Assembly (NCBI GenBank): GCA_039588295.1
Contig: JBDHAB010000012.1
Location: 1-62,038 of the forward strand
DNA length: 62,038 nucleotides
Direction of reading: 5' to 3'
From: Gemmatimonadota bacterium
GTDB taxonomy: Bacteria; Gemmatimonadota; Gemmatimonadetes; Gemmatimonadales; GWC2-71-9
In this document: piece after piece, positions 59,104 through 62,038 of the stretch
Layout of the letters: every line of letters starts with the position of its first letter
Position numbering within the stretch: the first letter of the stretch is position 1
Notes under the pieces: model-generated
Databases searched by the model: none
What the model was told of the DNA's origin: nothing
Seen by the model: only the letters and a program-made list of their open reading frames with translations
Made by a program: the position numbers and the translations under genes

Positions 59104-59129
59104 GCGCCCGGTTCCCACCGGGCGCTTTT
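59104..59129 (+). terminator. Intrinsic terminator
   Basis: GCGCCCGGT-TCCC-ACCGGGCGC-TTTT. Confidence 0.75.
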
Positions 59130-59227
59130 CCGTTGTGACGGTACCGCGCCGTCCGACCCGACGCGGCGACTTGTCAGCACCGCCACACGATGTATCATCT
59201 GGTTGGAGGCACACCGGAATAGTGGCT

Positions 59228-59674
59228 ATGGACTGCCGTCCGAGTTCGCGCCCGGTCCGGTGGATGCACCGCTGCTGCTGGGTGGGCGGGGTCCTGTGCA
59301 TGGTGGTCGGGGTTGCCGGCGCCCGTGCGCAGGAGCCCGCTCAGGCGCGTCCGCCGGAAGTCACCGACTCACTCATCGAGCGGGGTCGGAAGGTCTTTGC
59401 GGGGAGCGCCCGCTGTGCTGCGTGCCACGGCACCCAAGGTGAAGGCACGGAAGCCGGTCCCAGTCTCGTCGACGGCGAGTGGCTGCACGGAGACGGCGGC
59501 TACGCGCAGATCGTCCAGGTCGTGCGTCACGGTGTCTCACGACGTGAATCGGAGACCGGCCGCCCAATGCCGATGCGCGGTCTCGTACCGCTTGGTGAGG
59601 CGGGCCTGCGTGCCGTCGCGGCCTACGTATGGTCGCTGAGTCGGCAGCGCGATCCAGGAGAGCCTGACCGCTAG
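59228..59674 (+). CDS. Monoheme c-type cytochrome
   Basis: Signal peptide, CAACH, GPSL.D.EWLHG, MPMRG distal Met; start uncertain. Confidence 0.85.
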   Translation: MDCRPSSRPVRWMHRCCWVGGVLCMVVGVAGARAQEPAQARPPEVTDSLIERGRKVFAGSARCAACHGTQGEGTEAGPSLVDGEWLHGDGGYAQIVQVVRHGVSRRESETGRPMPMRGLVPLGEAGLRAVAAYVWSLSRQRDPGEPDR

Positions 59675-59814
59675 CGATTGGGCAGTCGCTCGCATTGGTG
59701 GCAACAAAGTGTCCCCGCAACCCAGTGCGCGGCCGGGCGTTTTGCTGTTCGACTCGGTTGCGCGTGCTTGTCTAGACAGCTGACGAGTGGCACCGGGCAG
59801 GATTCGACTCCAGC

Positions 59815-60357
59815 TTAGCCCGTAGTGAAGCTGAAGGTCATTCCGAACATTCCGTTCGTCGGGTGCTGCCAACCCGGCCCCATCATGTCTCCGTCCATCA
59901 TGCCGCCACCCATCATCATGCGGTCGTTCATCATCTGCTGAGTCACCCAGTCACCCCCCAAGCCGTGACCGTGTTGGTCCAAATCGACGACGTTGCCGTT
60001 TTCGTCGAGCATGCCACCGCCGATGTGGATGGTGTACGGCGACGGCGACATCAGCGAGGACGCTGGCGTGAACGTGAGGCGCATCCGGTCGGCCGACCAT
60101 GCCCGCGTCCCGTCGACGAGCCCACCGGAGACGCCGCTTCCTTCGTGAAGCGCCACGTACATGTCCATGCCCATAGCGTGACTGAACTGGAGCACGATCA
60201 GGCTATTCGGATCAACGCCCGTGTCGCCACCTGCTGGCGTGACCGCGACAAGCGCTGTGGTCACGTCTGTGGGAGTCGCAGGTGTGTCGCCGCAAGCACC
60301 GGCGACCAGCACGGTCGCAGAAAGGACAGCAAGAGCTGAATATGTCTGTTTATGCAT
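59815..60357 (-). CDS. Ig-like (Big_5-type) lipoprotein with Met/His-rich insert
   Basis: Lipobox AGAC; VTPAGG..V..N..I.L.FS..M; LTFTP; Met-rich C-terminal segment. Confidence 0.75.
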   Translation of the reverse strand: MHKQTYSALAVLSATVLVAGACGDTPATPTDVTTALVAVTPAGGDTGVDPNSLIVLQFSHAMGMDMYVALHEGSGVSGGLVDGTRAWSADRMRLTFTPASSLMSPSPYTIHIGGGMLDENGNVVDLDQHGHGLGGDWVTQQMMNDRMMMGGGMMDGDMMGPGWQHPTNGMFGMTFSFTTG

Positions 60358-60432
60358 GTGAGTCTCATCCGTTCTCGTTCAGTATATCCGTTTTTCCTTT
60401 AAGGTCCTGAATATGCGGATCAGCCGTCGCCA

Positions 60433-60783
60433 TCACTTGAGCGCAGCTAGACCTCGAGCGCCGGTTCTGATTTTCACGACGGCGACTATTGGATGGATGG
60501 ACATGATCCCGTCACCTTGCCGGCCGGTCCGCGCCGCACTCGCCACCAAGCGAGCGCACTCCTCACTGCGGTCACTCGAGCAGATGACCTGTACCCACGC
60601 CTTGTCAGCGTACGCGGAGCCCTCGTCGAACGAGAACTTTGCCGCCGCGGGATCCGCACCAGCTCCGATGGCGTGCACCCGAGTCACGGTGATCCGCGGC
60701 ACGCTGGCCTCTTTGAGGGTACGGATGACTCGGTCGAGCATCGGTATCCGAACAACCGCGCGTACTTCGACCATGTCACTCAT
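60433..60783 (-). CDS. P-II family (GlnB-like fold) protein
   Basis: VRAVVR..VIRTL, ARTGRQGDG motif; GGAGGAAGG RBS. Confidence 0.85.
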   Translation of the reverse strand: MSDMVEVRAVVRIPMLDRVIRTLKEASVPRITVTRVHAIGAGADPAAAKFSFDEGSAYADKAWVQVICSSDRSEECARLVASAARTGRQGDGIMSIHPIVAVVKIRTGARGLAALK

Positions 60784-60792
60784 CCTTCCTCC

Positions 60793-62038
60793 TTATGACT
60801 CTTGCGGCGCGAGAGCCATGCCGTCCCGCAACGCTTCGCGAATCGGGGCACCCGGGCGGTGGCGAACTTGCCAACGCCGCCACAGCAAGTAGATAGCTGG
60901 GATCACGACGAGTGTCAGAACGGTGGCCGAGATCATGCCGCCAACCATTGGCGAAGCGATGCGTTTCATGACGTCCGCGCCGGTACCCGCACTCCACATG
61001 ATCGGTGCGAGACCCGCGATGATCGCTGTCACGGTCATGACGACCGGCCGCAGTCGCTCGAGCGCACCTTCACGGACGGACTCTGCGACGTCGGCGGCGC
61101 TCAGCACGCCCCCTTTGAGACTCCGACGGTGAAATGCCTCGTCCAGATAGATCAGCATCACAACACCCGTCTCAGCCGCCACGCCGGCGAGCGCGATAAA
61201 CCCGACCCAGACGGCTACGCTGGTGTTGTACCCGAGCAGCCAGAGAAACCAGATCCCACCCACCAGCGAGAACGGCAGGGCAAGCATCACGATGAGCGAC
61301 TCCGGGACACTCCGGAAGTTGAGATACAGCAACAGAAAGATGATCCCCAGAGTTACCGGGACGACCACACGCAGCTTCTCCGCCACCCGTTCCATGAACT
61401 CGTACTGTCCACTCCAAGTCAGAGTGTATCCTGGTGGCAGTGTGAGCTGTTCGGCCACCACTTGTTGGGCCTCGCGCACGTAGCTGCCGACATCAACCCC
61501 CTCGATGTCCACGAAGACCGTGGTTACCGGAAACGCGTTCTCGGTCTTAACCGCCATCGGCCCCTGGAGCACTCTGACGGCCGCGAGCTGCCCCAGTGGA
61601 ACCTGAGCCGCCCCCGCCGTGGGCACCAGGACCTCACGCAGCTTGTCGACGTCGTCTCGCAACTCTCGGGGGTATCGGACGTTGACCGCGTAGCGCTCGC
61701 GCCCCTCCACGGTCACCGCGGCGGTGATTCCGCCTACCGTCGCCATGATCGCGCTATGGACTTCGCCGACATTCAGTCCGTATCGAGCCGCCTCCTCGCG
61801 GTCCACGTCGATGTCCACGTAGTAGCCCGAGACGCCGCGTTCCGCAAAGGCACTTCGTGTGCCGGGGACTTCCTGCATGATCCGCTCGACCTGCATACCG
61901 AGCATCTGAAGGGTGTCGAGGTCCGGGCCGAAGATCTTGATGCCCACCGCCGTCCTAATCCCGGTGGCCAGCATGTCGATCCGTCCCTTGATGGGCATCG
62001 TCCAGGAGTTGGTGACGCCGGGCATCTGCACCGCAGCC
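60793..62038 (-). CDS. cusA: CusA/CzcA heavy-metal efflux RND permease (3' part; runs off window)
   Basis: WTMPIKGRIDMLATG, WSGQYE, GFIALAGVAAETGVVM, RLRP.VMT, GADVMKRIA.PMVGG. Confidence 0.92.
   Translation of the reverse strand, partial: AAVQMPGVTNSWTMPIKGRIDMLATGIRTAVGIKIFGPDLDTLQMLGMQVERIMQEVPGTRSAFAERGVSGYYVDIDVDREEAARYGLNVGEVHSAIMATVGGITAAVTVEGRERYAVNVRYPRELRDDVDKLREVLVPTAGAAQVPLGQLAAVRVLQGPMAVKTENAFPVTTVFVDIEGVDVGSYVREAQQVVAEQLTLPPGYTLTWSGQYEFMERVAEKLRVVVPVTLGIIFLLLYLNFRSVPESLIVMLALPFSLVGGIWFLWLLGYNTSVAVWVGFIALAGVAAETGVVMLIYLDEAFHRRSLKGGVLSAADVAESVREGALERLRPVVMTVTAIIAGLAPIMWSAGTGADVMKRIASPMVGGMISATVLTLVVIPAIYLLWRRWQVRHRPGAPIREALRDGMALAPQES

Noticed and set aside
60358..60432. AT-rich patch as mobile-element end
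   Set aside because: Only weak imperfect repeats and no transposase or target duplication

Overview
High-GC (~65-70%) bacterial chromosomal segment of about 60 genes. Gene content and style suggest Gemmatimonadota (inference, not tested). No rRNA, tRNA, CRISPR array, transposase or phage genes were seen. The window is dominated by envelope and signalling functions. (1) A five-gene synthase-dependent exopolysaccharide operon (8281-15426) is headed by a KaiC/RecA-like ATPase-pseudoREC-degenerate GGDEF protein with BcsE-like architecture and an RATD motif. It is followed by a TPR/beta-barrel exporter, a PgaC/IcaA-like GT2 without PilZ, a 68-aa membrane peptide and an atypical NodB deacetylase. 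This is the best candidate for an undescribed system. (2) A Rab-like small GTPase operon (38835-42802) includes a longin-like/TM/OmpA partner and a histidine kinase; a deletion or misjoin at ~42800 has removed its 5' end. (3) A sigma-54 network is visible: six good -24/-12 promoters and one variant, each preceded by a 25-bp symmetric IHF-like element at helically phased distances. (4) Two HK + sigma-54 regulator modules are present, one driving a bactofilin-like/Omp85 + DUF4390 operon. (5) Also present are tandem TPR-Pro-TM paralogs, an RdhA/QueG-like protein, a possible RiPP-precursor-like peptide and the end of a cusA copper locus. Several genes carry lesions (frameshift, amber codon, truncations) that may be real or assembly errors. 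All calls come from motif recognition by eye; no searches were run.
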